Positions 26,742 through 36,770 of a DNA stretch of 37,555 bases are shown piece by piece (position 1 is the stretch's first letter; every line of letters starts with the position of its first letter). The translations under genes were made by a program, and so were the position numbers. Location: assembly GCA_031409335.1 (NCBI GenBank), contig JANNWY010000093.1:1-37555 (forward strand). Reading direction: 5' to 3'. A model generated the notes under the pieces. It ran no database searches. It was not told where the DNA came from and saw nothing but the letters and a program-made list of their open reading frames with translations. This DNA comes from Chthoniobacteraceae bacterium (GTDB taxonomy: Bacteria; Verrucomicrobiota; Verrucomicrobiia; Chthoniobacterales; Chthoniobacteraceae).

Positions 26742-28181
26742 CTAACTCATAATCCCCTTCACCACCTCGCCCGCGATTCCGGTCAGGCGCACGTCGAGGC
26801 CCTGGAATTTCATGTTCAGCCGTTTGTGATCGATGCCACACAGCCGCAGCATCGTCGCGTGCAAATCGTGAACGCTCACCGGCGCTTCGATCGCGCGATA
26901 GCCCAGCTCGTCGGTCGCGCCATAGGTCGTGCCCGCTTTCACACCGCCACCGGCCATGAATAGCGAGAACCCAAGGATGTGGTGATCCCGTCCGTTGCCG
27001 CCTTGCGACATCGGTGTGCGGCCAAATTCCCCGCCCCACAAAATCAGCGTGTCCTCCAGCATCCCGCGCTGTTTCAAATCCGCGATCAGCGCCGCGGTCG
27101 CGCGATCCACATCCCGCGCGGCGACCGGCATGTCGGTCGCGATATTCCGATGATGATCCCACGCGCGGTGATAAAGCTGGATGAAGCGCACCCCGCGCTC
27201 GGCGAGCCGCCGCGCGAGCAGGCAGTTCGACGCAAACGAGCCATCGCCCGGCCGCTCCACGCCGTACAGTTGCAGCATCTCCTTCGGTTCCTTGGAAAAA
27301 TCCGTGAGTTCCGGCACCGACGATTGCATGCGAAACGCGAGTTCGTATTGCGCGATCCGCGTCTGGATTTCCGGATCGACCCGCACCTCGGCCAACATGC
27401 CATTGAGGCGATTCACCTCCTCCACCACCTGCCGTTGCACGCTCTGGCACACGCCGTCCGGATTCCCGATGTAATGCACCGCATCGCCCTTCGACTGAAA
27501 CATGATGCCCTGAAATTTGCTCGGTAAAATCCCCGCGCTCCATTGCCGCGCCGAGATCGGCTGCGCGCCGCCGATGCCTTTGCTGGTGCTCGTCAGCACG
27601 ATGAAGCCCGGCAGGTCCTCCGTCTCCGCGCCCAGCCCGTAAAGCATCCACGAGCCGAAGCTGGGCCGCCCCGTCACGATCGCGCCCGTGTTCATGAAGG
27701 TGTGCGCGGGGTCGTGATTGATCTGCTCGGTGAACATCGAGCGCACGATGCAGATGTCGTCCGCGACCGTCGCGATGCGCGGGAAGAGCGCGGAGATTTC
27801 CTGGCCCGACCGGCCGTGCTTTTGGAAATCCACAAACGGCCCCATCGCCACCAGCTTCATATTTTGAAGCTGCGCGAGTTGCTGGCCTTTCGTGAACGAT
27901 TCCGGGAACGGCTGCTTGTCCAGCTTCCGCAGCTCCGGCTTGAAATCAAAACTCTCAAACTGCGACGGCCCGCCCGCCATGCACAGATGGATGATCCGCT
28001 TCGCCCGCGCCGGAAAATGCGGCTGCGAGATCGCGCCGCGCCACCGTCCATCCGCACCCTTCGCCGGAATCGCCCCCGCGCGATCCAGCAGCGAAGACAG
28101 CGCCAGGCCGCCGAGGCCATACGCGGAATTGGTGAGGAATGTGCGGCGATTGACGCTGCGGGCGAAGTCTTCCGAATTCAT
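26742..28181 (-). CDS. DUF1501 domain-containing Tat-exported protein
   Basis: NRRTFL Tat motif, AKRIIHLCMAGGPSQFESFD, CLLARRLAERGVRFIQLYH..WDHH, WGGEFGRTP...GRDHH, VHDLHATML. Confidence 0.92.
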   Translation of the reverse strand: MNSEDFARSVNRRTFLTNSAYGLGGLALSSLLDRAGAIPAKGADGRWRGAISQPHFPARAKRIIHLCMAGGPSQFESFDFKPELRKLDKQPFPESFTKGQQLAQLQNMKLVAMGPFVDFQKHGRSGQEISALFPRIATVADDICIVRSMFTEQINHDPAHTFMNTGAIVTGRPSFGSWMLYGLGAETEDLPGFIVLTSTSKGIGGAQPISARQWSAGILPSKFQGIMFQSKGDAVHYIGNPDGVCQSVQRQVVEEVNRLNGMLAEVRVDPEIQTRIAQYELAFRMQSSVPELTDFSKEPKEMLQLYGVERPGDGSFASNCLLARRLAERGVRFIQLYHRAWDHHRNIATDMPVAARDVDRATAALIADLKQRGMLEDTLILWGGEFGRTPMSQGGNGRDHHILGFSLFMAGGGVKAGTTYGATDELGYRAIEAPVSVHDLHATMLRLCGIDHKRLNMKFQGLDVRLTGIAGEVVKGIMS

Positions 28182-28245
28182 TTTGGGAAGCCTAGCCAGC
28201 ATCCCGCGATTTTCACCGGACAAATATTCGGGGCGGCAGGCGGTT

Positions 28246-29517
28246 TCATTTTCCCGGCCCGATGCACCACAAATGTGTGTGCGTGCGGATGAAAAGTTCG
28301 CCGTCGCTGACCGCGACGGAAGCGTTGGTAAGACTGCCGTCCAGCGCGTTGCGGGCGAGTTGCTCGAACTTCGGCGCGGCGCGCAGGACGAAGGTTTCCC
28401 CAGATTGGTTGAGCACATAAATGCGATCACCCGCGAGGACCATCGATGACCAGCTCTCGCCTTTCGCGCCGCTGGATTTCAGCCGCTCCTCCCAAATGGG
28501 CTTGCCGGTCTTTAAGTCGATGCACTGCGCAGTGCCCGGTGTGTTGATGATGTAAAGATGGCCGCCGGTGATGACGCCGGAGCCGATGCGCTGCTTGTCG
28601 CGCGGCTGGTGCCAGAGGCGATTTGATGTCGTAACATCACCCGCGCCGCCGGGCTTCACCGCCAGCGTGCTTCCACCGTATCCGCCGCTGCCGATCACCA
28701 CGCCTTCACCGAACATCGCTGACGTGTAAATCAGCGGGTTGAGTCCCGCGCAGGTCCACCACTCCTTGCCACTCGCGGGATCGTACGCGGCGACACGCTC
28801 CGGCCAGACCATGATGAGTTCCCGCCGCGCGCCAGCGTCGATGATGATCGGCGTCGCCCACGATCCGATCATGCCATCCGCCGCGGCGCCAAAGCCATCG
28901 TTGCGCGGAAGCTTGGGAGTGATGCGTGGAAAGGGCACCCGCCAGACTTCCTTCCCGGTCGTCTTGTTCACCGCCAGCAGGAATGTCGTGGTGCCGGGTC
29001 CGAAATTCAGGATGCAAAGATCGCCGTGCAGAATGGGCGAAGCGGCGTAACCCCATTCGTGATCCTGTTTACCGAGGTCGAGATGCCACTGCTCCTTTCC
29101 CGCCACATCCCAGCACCACAGCCCGGCGGAGCCAAAAAACGCGACGACCCGCTCGCCATCGGTGACTGGCGCGGCGGAGCAGTATGGGTTGGTGGGATGG
29201 GTGGCTTCCGCTTCCGCGTAAGTCGGCCCAGCCTGCCAGAGCGTGCGTCCATCCTTGCGATCGAGGCACATCAGCGCGCGCTGTTTTCCCACATTCTGGG
29301 TGAGGAAAATGCGCCCGCCCGTGACGATCGGCGTCGAGTTTCCGCGCTCGGGCAGCGCCACTTTCCAGCGCACATTTTCGGTTGCGCTCCAGGTCAGCGG
29401 CAGCTTCGTCTCCAGCGCGATGCCATCGCCACTCGGCCCGCGCCACGCTGGCCAATCGGCGGCTTCGGCAAATAGCGGGACGAACAACGAGAGGGCGAGC
29501 AAGCGAAGAATGCGCAT
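28246..29517 (-). CDS. PQQ-binding-like beta-propeller repeat protein (BamB-like, PVC type)
   Basis: Signal peptide then ADWPAWRGPSGDG...WSATENVRWK...STPIV, repeated GK..W motifs, C-terminal LFIRTHTHLWCIG. Confidence 0.88.
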   Translation of the reverse strand: MRILRLLALSLFVPLFAEAADWPAWRGPSGDGIALETKLPLTWSATENVRWKVALPERGNSTPIVTGGRIFLTQNVGKQRALMCLDRKDGRTLWQAGPTYAEAEATHPTNPYCSAAPVTDGERVVAFFGSAGLWCWDVAGKEQWHLDLGKQDHEWGYAASPILHGDLCILNFGPGTTTFLLAVNKTTGKEVWRVPFPRITPKLPRNDGFGAAADGMIGSWATPIIIDAGARRELIMVWPERVAAYDPASGKEWWTCAGLNPLIYTSAMFGEGVVIGSGGYGGSTLAVKPGGAGDVTTSNRLWHQPRDKQRIGSGVITGGHLYIINTPGTAQCIDLKTGKPIWEERLKSSGAKGESWSSMVLAGDRIYVLNQSGETFVLRAAPKFEQLARNALDGSLTNASVAVSDGELFIRTHTHLWCIGPGK

Positions 29518-29641
29518 GGCGAAAGCCCGTATCGTAAAGGGTCGCTGAAGAAAACTGCCAAGTCCGTGAATCTGCATTTTCTGCGCAGTCCTCCCAACCG
29601 GAGATTGCCGAACACTCCTGCATTTGTGAAAGTTTCCGCCC

Positions 29642-30436
29642 ATGAACCATCCCACCGCAAAGCGTGCGATCATCGGCCATTCGGTGAAAGGCCGCGCGAT
29701 CGAGCTTTGGGTGACGAATGCCGCCGTGGCGCGGCCGCGCACGCTGATCATCGGCGGACTGCATGGCGATGAAATGGCGACGATCACCTTGCTCGAAACT
29801 TTCCTCACCCGCCTGCCTTCCTCCGCATCGGTCGCGATCCTGCCACTCGCGAATCCAGACGGCTTCGAGCGGCGCACGCGCACCAATGCGCGCGGCGTCG
29901 ATCTGAATCGCAACTGCGATTTCAACTGGCGCCACGACAGCGAGGAGCCGTCCGGCCCCGCGCCGTGGTCCGAGCCGGAAAGCTGTGCGTTGCGCGATTT
30001 CATCCTGAACTGGCGGCCCGCAAAAATCGTGAGCCTGCACTGGGCGCTCGCGGAGGTGGAGGCGGACGGCCATCACTCCGCCGCCCTCGCGACGGCGATG
30101 TGGGACGGGATGGACGATGCCGGCCGCCAGCCCTACCGGCTTCGCATTCCCGACCGTTTGCGCAGCCAGCAGCATGGTGAAATCGCGCGGGTCGAGTGCC
30201 CGGGCTCGTTCGGGCAGTGGTGTGGATACAGTCTGGAATACCGCGACGGTTCGCTGCCGGCGATGGTCACCCTCGAGCTTCCCGCCGATCCCGAGGCGGC
30301 GCGGCCCGCGGAGCTTCCCAGCGATCATCTCGAAACCCTCCACGCCCGCTATGCCCGCGACGCCGCGGGCTATCTGCGCGCGGTCGAATCGGGAGTTCAC
30401 GCCATGCTTCACGCCTCGTGCGAGCATCGCGGCTGA
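29642..30436 (+). CDS. M14 zinc carboxypeptidase, murein peptide amidase A (MpaA)-like
   Basis: GGLHGDE, ANPDG, RTNARGVDLNRN, SEPES, VSLHW, VTLELP. Confidence 0.85.
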   Translation: MNHPTAKRAIIGHSVKGRAIELWVTNAAVARPRTLIIGGLHGDEMATITLLETFLTRLPSSASVAILPLANPDGFERRTRTNARGVDLNRNCDFNWRHDSEEPSGPAPWSEPESCALRDFILNWRPAKIVSLHWALAEVEADGHHSAALATAMWDGMDDAGRQPYRLRIPDRLRSQQHGEIARVECPGSFGQWCGYSLEYRDGSLPAMVTLELPADPEAARPAELPSDHLETLHARYARDAAGYLRAVESGVHAMLHASCEHRG

Positions 30437-30479
30437 TTCCGCGCTCGACGCATCGGCGACCGGCGGCGAAGAGAAAAGC

Positions 30480-30902
30480 ATGAGCGTCCAAATCGACATC
30501 GAGTACCTCGGCGGCCTCCGCACGCAGGCAAAACACGGGCCGTCCGCGAGCACGCTGCTCACCGATGCGCCCGTGGACAATCATGGGAGGGGCGAATCCT
30601 TCTCGCCGACCGATCTCGCCGCGACGGCATTCGGCACGTGCATGGTCACGATCATGGGCATCTACGCCGAACGCCACGGCATCGACCTGCGCGGCACGAC
30701 CGTGCGCGTCGAAAAGGAAATGATCGCCGCGCCCGTGCGCCGCATCGGCAGACTCGCCACGGAAATCCGCGTGCCGCTCGCGCCGGATCACCCGCAGCGT
30801 GGAGCGCTCGAACGCGCCGCGCTGACTTGCCCCGTGCATCAGAGTCTGCATCCCGATGTGGAAAAGCCGGTGACATTCCTCTGGACCGGCGCGAACCAAT
30901 AG
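30480..30902 (+). CDS. OsmC family protein
   Basis: TDAPVDNHGRGESFSPTDLAATAFGTCM ... LERAALTCPVHQSL with the two conserved Cys. Confidence 0.92.
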   Translation: MSVQIDIEYLGGLRTQAKHGPSASTLLTDAPVDNHGRGESFSPTDLAATAFGTCMVTIMGIYAERHGIDLRGTTVRVEKEMIAAPVRRIGRLATEIRVPLAPDHPQRGALERAALTCPVHQSLHPDVEKPVTFLWTGANQ

Positions 30903-30906
30903 CCGC

Positions 30907-31720
30907 ATGTCGCCCGCCCTTCCCAAAAAACTCAACCGCCGCGCCGCTCATCGCACTCGGCCTTCGCCAGTTCGCGCGCGCTGCGGACGCAGCGGCAGGC
31001 TTCACATTTATCGCGGTGAATGACCTTCACTTTTTCGACGCAGACTGCGCGCCGTTTTTCAAAATGGTCGCCGCCAAAATGCGCGAAAGCGCGCCGGACG
31101 CCGCGTTTTGCCTGATGGCTGGCGACATCGCGAACGACGGCGAAGCGGCGCAGTACGCCGGATTGCGCACCGCCTTTGCCGGACTCGAAATGCCGCTGCA
31201 TCCCGTGCCCGGAAACCATGATTTCACCATCGATGGCGAACGCACCAGCTACGACGCGGCCTTTCCCGGAAAGCTAAACTACATGTTCCAGCACGGCGGC
31301 TGGCAGTTCATCGGCTTCGATAGCACGCAGGGGCTGGACTTCGACCAAACCAATATTTCTCCAGCCACACTCGCGTGGCTCGACTCCACCATCCCCACGC
31401 TCGACGCCTCCGCACCCACCGTCGCCTTCACCCATTTCCCCTTGGGAAAAGACGTAATCTACCGCCCGCTCAACGCCGACGCCGTCCTCGAAAAACTTCG
31501 CAAACTGAATCTGCGCGCCACCTTCAGCGGCCACTGGCACGGCCTCAACGAGCAACGCCTCGAACGCGCCGAACTCATCGTGAATCGCTGCTGCGCCCGC
31601 GTCCGCGGAAACCGCGACGGCTCGCCGCTCAAAGGCTGGTGGGTCTGCCGCGCCATGCCCGATGGCACGCTAACGCGCCGCTTCGTGGCGCTGCCGTTTG
31701 TGAAAAATGCCGGGCTATAA
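30907..31720 (+). pseudogene. Calcineurin-like metallophosphoesterase (Icc/CpdA-like) with an apparent frameshift in the Tat signal region
   Basis: Motifs NDLH, AGDIA, PGNHD, FTHFP and SGHWH are in one frame. The ATG at 30907 (MSPALPKKLNRRAA) is in another frame, and no suitable in-frame start precedes the first motif. Confidence 0.6.
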
Positions 31721-31726
31721 AACTGC

Positions 31727-31753
31727 GCGACCTCCGGAGATACCGGAGGTCGC
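31727..31753. terminator. Hairpin between convergent genes (putative terminator, U-tract on the minus strand)
   Basis: Perfect 11-bp stem gcgacctccgg/ccggaggtcgc with a 5-nt loop. Confidence 0.6.
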
Positions 31754-31786
31754 CTGTCCAACCGAGGGGAATTTGCTGGCGCTCGT

Positions 31787-32407
31787 TCAGCGGCGGCGGC
31801 GCAGACCGGCGATCACGCCAAATCCGGCGAGCCCGAGCAGCGCGCTGCCGGGCTCGGGCACGACCGTCACCGTGTAGCTCACCGGAGCGAGCGGCACTTC
31901 GCCAAAGGCCTCGTCCGTCGCGATCGAATCGCTGGTCGTCTGGATCGTGTAAACGCCCTCCGCGATTCCCACGAGCGCGGTGAAGCTCAGCGTCGCCACG
32001 TCGAACGAGCCGATGCCATTTGGCGTGCCGATATTCGCGAGCAGCGCGCCGAGATCGGCATCGTTGGCTGGATCGAGCAATGACGCGGGCAGATTGAGCG
32101 CGATCGCATCGCTCGTCACCAGATCGCTGTAGCTCGATGTGCTCGTGTCACGCGCGGCGATTTGGAATTGCCCGCTGCCCGCTCCGGGAGCCGCGAAGCG
32201 ATACGTCAGACCGACTGTCGATTCGGCAGTCGAGACGAGGCTCAGCTTGAAGGTGAACGTGTCGCCTGGCGCGATCGTGATCGCGAGTGGATCGCCGATC
32301 GTGTCAGCGATCGAGAGCGAAAGCGCCGCATCAGCAGCGCCGTGCGCGAGGAAACCGGCGGTCGCAATGGCGAGAGCGGTGGGAATGTTTCGTGGGTGCA
32401 TTTTCAT
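31787..32407 (-). CDS. PEP-CTERM sorting domain protein with a possible cohesin-like beta-sandwich
   Basis: Signal peptide (ADA|A) and C-terminal VPEPGSALLGLAGFGVIAGLRRRR. Confidence 0.9.
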   Translation of the reverse strand: MKMHPRNIPTALAIATAGFLAHGAADAALSLSIADTIGDPLAITIAPGDTFTFKLSLVSTAESTVGLTYRFAAPGAGSGQFQIAARDTSTSSYSDLVTSDAIALNLPASLLDPANDADLGALLANIGTPNGIGSFDVATLSFTALVGIAEGVYTIQTTSDSIATDEAFGEVPLAPVSYTVTVVPEPGSALLGLAGFGVIAGLRRRR

Positions 32408-32431
32408 TTGATGGATGGGTTGAGATGCGAG

Positions 32432-35137
32432 TTACGGGAGCGTGCTGCCGATGCGGCTTTTGGTGAGTGCGATGTCGCTGGCGTTGATCGTGCCGTTCAC
32501 GTTCACGTCCGCGCGCGCATTGCGCCGGTTCACCGCGGGCGATGCGAAGCCGAGCGACTTCACTTCGGAAACGTCGTCGCTGTTCACCGTGCGGTCGCCG
32601 TTCACATCGCCGAGCAGGAAGGACATGCTGAGCGCCGCATTCACGACATCCGCGCCACCGTCCGCATCGATCACATTTGTCAGCGTCACCGTCACATTTT
32701 GCACGTCGGCCACGCCGGTCAGACGCACGACCATTTCAGGTCCGTTGAAAGCCACATTTGAAACCGAGCCTGGACCGCTGGTGATCGCCGCACTTCCGCT
32801 CACGACATTGTTCGCAAAGATGAACACGACATCGTGCGAATTTCCCGCGCCGCCTTTCCGCGACTCGATGCCGACCGGGCCGGTGACCGGCAGCACGACA
32901 TCATGCGATGCGGCTGCATGCGCCTTGCGCGAAACCGCGCGCAGCAGCGAATTCGAGACCGGCCCGAGTCGCAGCGCGCGGCCCTGCACCGTGGCTGCGG
33001 GCGGGACGCCGAGGATGCGCTCGATCGTCGGCGCGATGTCCATGTTGGCCATGATCGGGATCGGATTCGCGCTTTGCGAAATGTTCGGACCTGCGGCGTA
33101 GAAGATCGCGCTCATGTTCGGCAGCATCGGATCGTAGCCATGCGCGCCGTAGAAATTCGGCAGCGAGAAGACGTTGTTCGCGGCATCGCCCTGGCGGGTA
33201 ATGAGCGGGTTCTGCGCGCCGTCGAAATTGTATCCCGGAACGAGCGTCGCAAACACATCGCCGCTATCCTGGCCGATGAACTCGCTCGTGCGCAGCCCGA
33301 AGCTCGCGTCGTTGATGTCGGCCGGCAGCGGACGCGAGATCACCTGGTCGAAGATGCTCACCGCGCCGCCCGGATTGTAGGTTGCGTTCACGTCCTTGTA
33401 GTTGCGAAGGATCGCGGCGATTTGCGACTGGAGCGTGAGGTATTCCGTTTTCGAGATCGCCCCGCCCGGACTGCGACCCGTGAGCCGGATATAGACATTC
33501 ACCGCCGGGCCGGTCGTGACGACGCGGACTTTGTTCAGATCAATGCCCGAAGTCGTGAGCAGATTGCTGACATTGATGGCGGTGTGAAACGTCTCAAACC
33601 CGTGGTCGGACGTGACGATGATGTTGCTGTTCGGCACGCCGTTTCCGTCCACACCCACCGCATTGATCACCGCCTGCACCGCGTTGTTCGCGGTCACGTA
33701 AGCGTTCTGCAAATACTGCGCGTAACGCGCCTTCTTCACCGGGTCCTGCCCAGCGAGGATCGAGTTCGGATTGGTGAAATCCGTTGGCTGGCGCGGATCG
33801 GTGAGCAGGAACTGGTGGCCCGAACCATCCGGCTGCTCGAAGTAAAACATTGAGAGGTCGGCGTTCGGCTTCTGCGCGAGCGCGCGCAGCACGATGTTCT
33901 TCTGATACTCCGTGAACTCGGCCACGAGTTCGCCGTAGATCGCCTCGAGTTCCAGATCGGGAAACGTAGCGAAAGTGGAAGGCACCGCGTCGAGTTTTTC
34001 GACGATGCGGAAGTCCGGCTGCGGCTGCCAGAAGCCGACGTTGTTATTGATGTCATCGACATCCCCGAGCACCGCCGCATTTCGCGGAATGAAAGCCGAC
34101 GTGCTGCGCGCGAGCCGCACCACCGAAAGATCGGGCTGGAGGTTTGAGACAAAATACCGAACGCCCGCCTTGTTGGTGTGGCCTTCGAGATAAAAGAGCG
34201 CCGAGATATCCGCGGATGGCTTGATGTAAGACGGGCCAGTCGATGGCAGCGCGAATGGCCCCGGCGCGATGGTCGGCACGCCTGCCTCTTCACGGAAAAT
34301 GACGATCGAATCGTAGTTTACCGTCGCATCACTCGTCGTGTCGTATGCCGCTGCGCGGATGAGGTAGGTCTGGCCGCCAGCCGTGAAGGTTTCCAGCGCC
34401 GCCTGCCTGATCGGCGTCGTCGCGTCGAACGTCTTGCCCGCCGCACTGAGCAGCGGTCCGACTGTCGCCGTCACGTCCGTGCTGAAATCCGCGGCGGTGA
34501 GCGGAAAGCCTTTTTGAAAAGGAGCCGCGCCCGCGCCGAACGGCACGGTGTAATCCACCGTCCGCTCCGACGCGGGTTGTAGAATCGGGGAGCCCGCGAC
34601 GCCCGGCGCAGTCACATTCACGCCATCGCCGCCAGGCCATGTCGCCGTCACCACGACCTTGTTGTAAGGCGCGGCGCGCAGCGTATTCCAAATCGGAATT
34701 GCCGTGACCATCGGCGACATCGCCAGCGGATTGAGCTGATAACCGCCGATCGGCCCACCGAAGCCACTCGTCGTATTCGGCGCCGTCATCGGCGTGGCGA
34801 GCAGGCGGTAGGCATTTCCGGGAATGTCGTTCGCCGCCGCATTCGAGCCCGTCGCAATCGCGATATGCGCCGCCGCGGTCAGCGAGGGATTGATCGTGAG
34901 GTTTTGCAGCGCCTTCACCCCTTTCGCTTCCAGCAAACGAAGCCCGGTGTTCGGCGCGAGCGCGCCGTTGCTCACGTATTGCTCCACGAGCCGCGGAGTC
35001 GCGCCGTCGAGTGAAATGAGGATGACTTTCGGCGCAGCCGACGCGGCGGCATCAAGCACGGCGAGCGTGCCCAGAGTCAGGGCGCAAGCGCGGGCGACGC
35101 GGCATGGGAAAAGGCGCGAGAGAAGGGATGGAGTCAT
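32432..35137 (-). CDS. Alkaline phosphatase superfamily nucleotide pyrophosphatase/phosphodiesterase with C-terminal dockerin-like domain
   Basis: VILISLDG, PSLTAAAHIAIATG, PDGSGHQF, VTSDHGF, GAHGYDP, DIAPTI. Tail has GDVNGDRTVNSDD ... ADVNVNGTINASD. Confidence 0.88.
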   Translation of the reverse strand: MTPSLLSRLFPCRVARACALTLGTLAVLDAAASAAPKVILISLDGATPRLVEQYVSNGALAPNTGLRLLEAKGVKALQNLTINPSLTAAAHIAIATGSNAAANDIPGNAYRLLATPMTAPNTTSGFGGPIGGYQLNPLAMSPMVTAIPIWNTLRAAPYNKVVVTATWPGGDGVNVTAPGVAGSPILQPASERTVDYTVPFGAGAAPFQKGFPLTAADFSTDVTATVGPLLSAAGKTFDATTPIRQAALETFTAGGQTYLIRAAAYDTTSDATVNYDSIVIFREEAGVPTIAPGPFALPSTGPSYIKPSADISALFYLEGHTNKAGVRYFVSNLQPDLSVVRLARSTSAFIPRNAAVLGDVDDINNNVGFWQPQPDFRIVEKLDAVPSTFATFPDLELEAIYGELVAEFTEYQKNIVLRALAQKPNADLSMFYFEQPDGSGHQFLLTDPRQPTDFTNPNSILAGQDPVKKARYAQYLQNAYVTANNAVQAVINAVGVDGNGVPNSNIIVTSDHGFETFHTAINVSNLLTTSGIDLNKVRVVTTGPAVNVYIRLTGRSPGGAISKTEYLTLQSQIAAILRNYKDVNATYNPGGAVSIFDQVISRPLPADINDASFGLRTSEFIGQDSGDVFATLVPGYNFDGAQNPLITRQGDAANNVFSLPNFYGAHGYDPMLPNMSAIFYAAGPNISQSANPIPIMANMDIAPTIERILGVPPAATVQGRALRLGPVSNSLLRAVSRKAHAAASHDVVLPVTGPVGIESRKGGAGNSHDVVFIFANNVVSGSAAITSGPGSVSNVAFNGPEMVVRLTGVADVQNVTVTLTNVIDADGGADVVNAALSMSFLLGDVNGDRTVNSDDVSEVKSLGFASPAVNRRNARADVNVNGTINASDIALTKSRIGSTLP

Positions 35138-35339
35138 GGGATGGTGGTGCGTTCGGAGTTGGAAGAGGGCATTCCGCACAGCGCGGCGATGCGGCTTGTG
35201 GATTGGCACAGTCCCGCGTCCGCCGAAAAGCTCCGTCACGCGCCGACGGCGAATCTTTACCCGCGCGTAACCGATCCGTCGCGGCTGTTGCCGGAACGCC
35301 GCAATTGTCACCACATTGCCGCAGGCTGCGGAGCTGCGA

Positions 35340-36734
35340 TCAACTCTTCATCTCCACCGACGATTCTCCGCGCGGCAGGGCGAAGCACACGGTGACGTCA
35401 TCGCGCTCGCGGGACCAGGTGCCGGGCTGTAGTTGCAGCGGCTTCGACACCTCCTTGAGCGGGACCGCACTTCCCGCCGCGCGGAGTTCCGGCGCGCCAT
35501 TTTCGGGTGCCTTGAAGCGGACGGTAAAGTCCGGGCAGGCGAACGGGGCGCGGAAGGTGATGCGGGCGGCTTGTTGCTCGATGCGCGTGAGTTCTTTCGC
35601 GGCCCAGTAGCGCGCGACTTCACTCAGTTTCATCCAATGGAGATGGTCGAAGCGGGCGTGCAGGCGGCGGACGACTTCCTGGAAGATTTTGAAGCCAAGC
35701 TCCTGGCCATTCCAGTAGATGCCCGTCCAGTGCGCGAGCATCAGCGCAGGCTCGCCGCGCTCGATAATTTCCACCATGCGGCCACTGCGGAGGTCTTCGC
35801 TGATGAAGCGGTCGGCACCGGCAGGCTCGGAGCAATCCCAGCCGCCGGTCCAGTCCCCCGTGCAGCCGATGATGCTGACGACGCAGCGCGGGTCGGCCCC
35901 ATCAAGGCCGCTCGCCAGCTCGACGCGCGGGGCGACGCTCTCCGCACCGTTGTCGTAGCAGTGGCGGAAGTAATGCGGGATATGTTCCGCTCCGAATACA
36001 TCGCGCACCGACTGGAGCGTGGCCTGCGCGAGTTGAGGCAGCGCTTTATTCCCAAAGCCGCCGGGCGTGGTGATCCCCTCGCAGGTGAAGCCAACGCCTT
36101 TCAAAATGCGCAGCGCGTAAGCCATGTAGTCGGCGATCTCGTCAGCGCTGCGACCCGTGGTCCAATCCCAGTTCTCCATGAACTTGAGCGAGTGATCGGG
36201 ATACGGGTGGCCGGTGCGGGTGTCGATGACGCGCGTGTGGGTATTCATCTCGGGATGAATGTCCCAGTTCGGCGTGAGGAGCGTGCGGACAAGTTCGAGG
36301 CTGTCGCTGAGTTCGCGGTGCGTCCAGCCGGGGAGCATGCGGTCGATCCGTCCGACGCAGGCGGGGAAAGGGACCATGCTGTATTTGCCTTTCACACCGC
36401 GGGCGGCGCACCACTCGCCGAATTTGCGCACGAAGCTGTCGGGAATTTCAGCGGGCCAGTCGCGCCACGGCTTGTCGTAGGCGGGATTGGCGCCCGCGAA
36501 GGCCGCGTCGAACTGCGGCATGGCAAAGCGGTTGAGGTTCACGAGCGCGGTCGAGTCGTCGATGATGAGGCCGACCGGCACGCGGGCGCGCGGATTCAAC
36601 ACCGTGACGCCTTCCGGGCGCGACGGACGGTCGCCCGGCGTTTGGGAAAACAGCGCGCCGCCTTCGAGCAGCGCGCCCGTCGAAAGCGCGGCGGTGCGCA
36701 GGAACGCACGGCGGGAGCTGAGGGAGTCTTTCAT
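35340..36734 (-). CDS. Tat-exported hypothetical protein (possibly polysaccharide-deacetylase-like fold)
   Basis: SSRRAFLRTAALSTGALL Tat signal, LIIDDS, IHPEMNTHT, TTPGGFG, LAHW. The fold assignment is tentative. Confidence 0.65.
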   Translation of the reverse strand: MKDSLSSRRAFLRTAALSTGALLEGGALFSQTPGDRPSRPEGVTVLNPRARVPVGLIIDDSTALVNLNRFAMPQFDAAFAGANPAYDKPWRDWPAEIPDSFVRKFGEWCAARGVKGKYSMVPFPACVGRIDRMLPGWTHRELSDSLELVRTLLTPNWDIHPEMNTHTRVIDTRTGHPYPDHSLKFMENWDWTTGRSADEIADYMAYALRILKGVGFTCEGITTPGGFGNKALPQLAQATLQSVRDVFGAEHIPHYFRHCYDNGAESVAPRVELASGLDGADPRCVVSIIGCTGDWTGGWDCSEPAGADRFISEDLRSGRMVEIIERGEPALMLAHWTGIYWNGQELGFKIFQEVVRRLHARFDHLHWMKLSEVARYWAAKELTRIEQQAARITFRAPFACPDFTVRFKAPENGAPELRAAGSAVPLKEVSKPLQLQPGTWSRERDDVTVCFALPRGESSVEMKS

Positions 36735-36770
36735 TTCAGCTCGTGAGAGTCCCGACAACTCGATCTCAAC

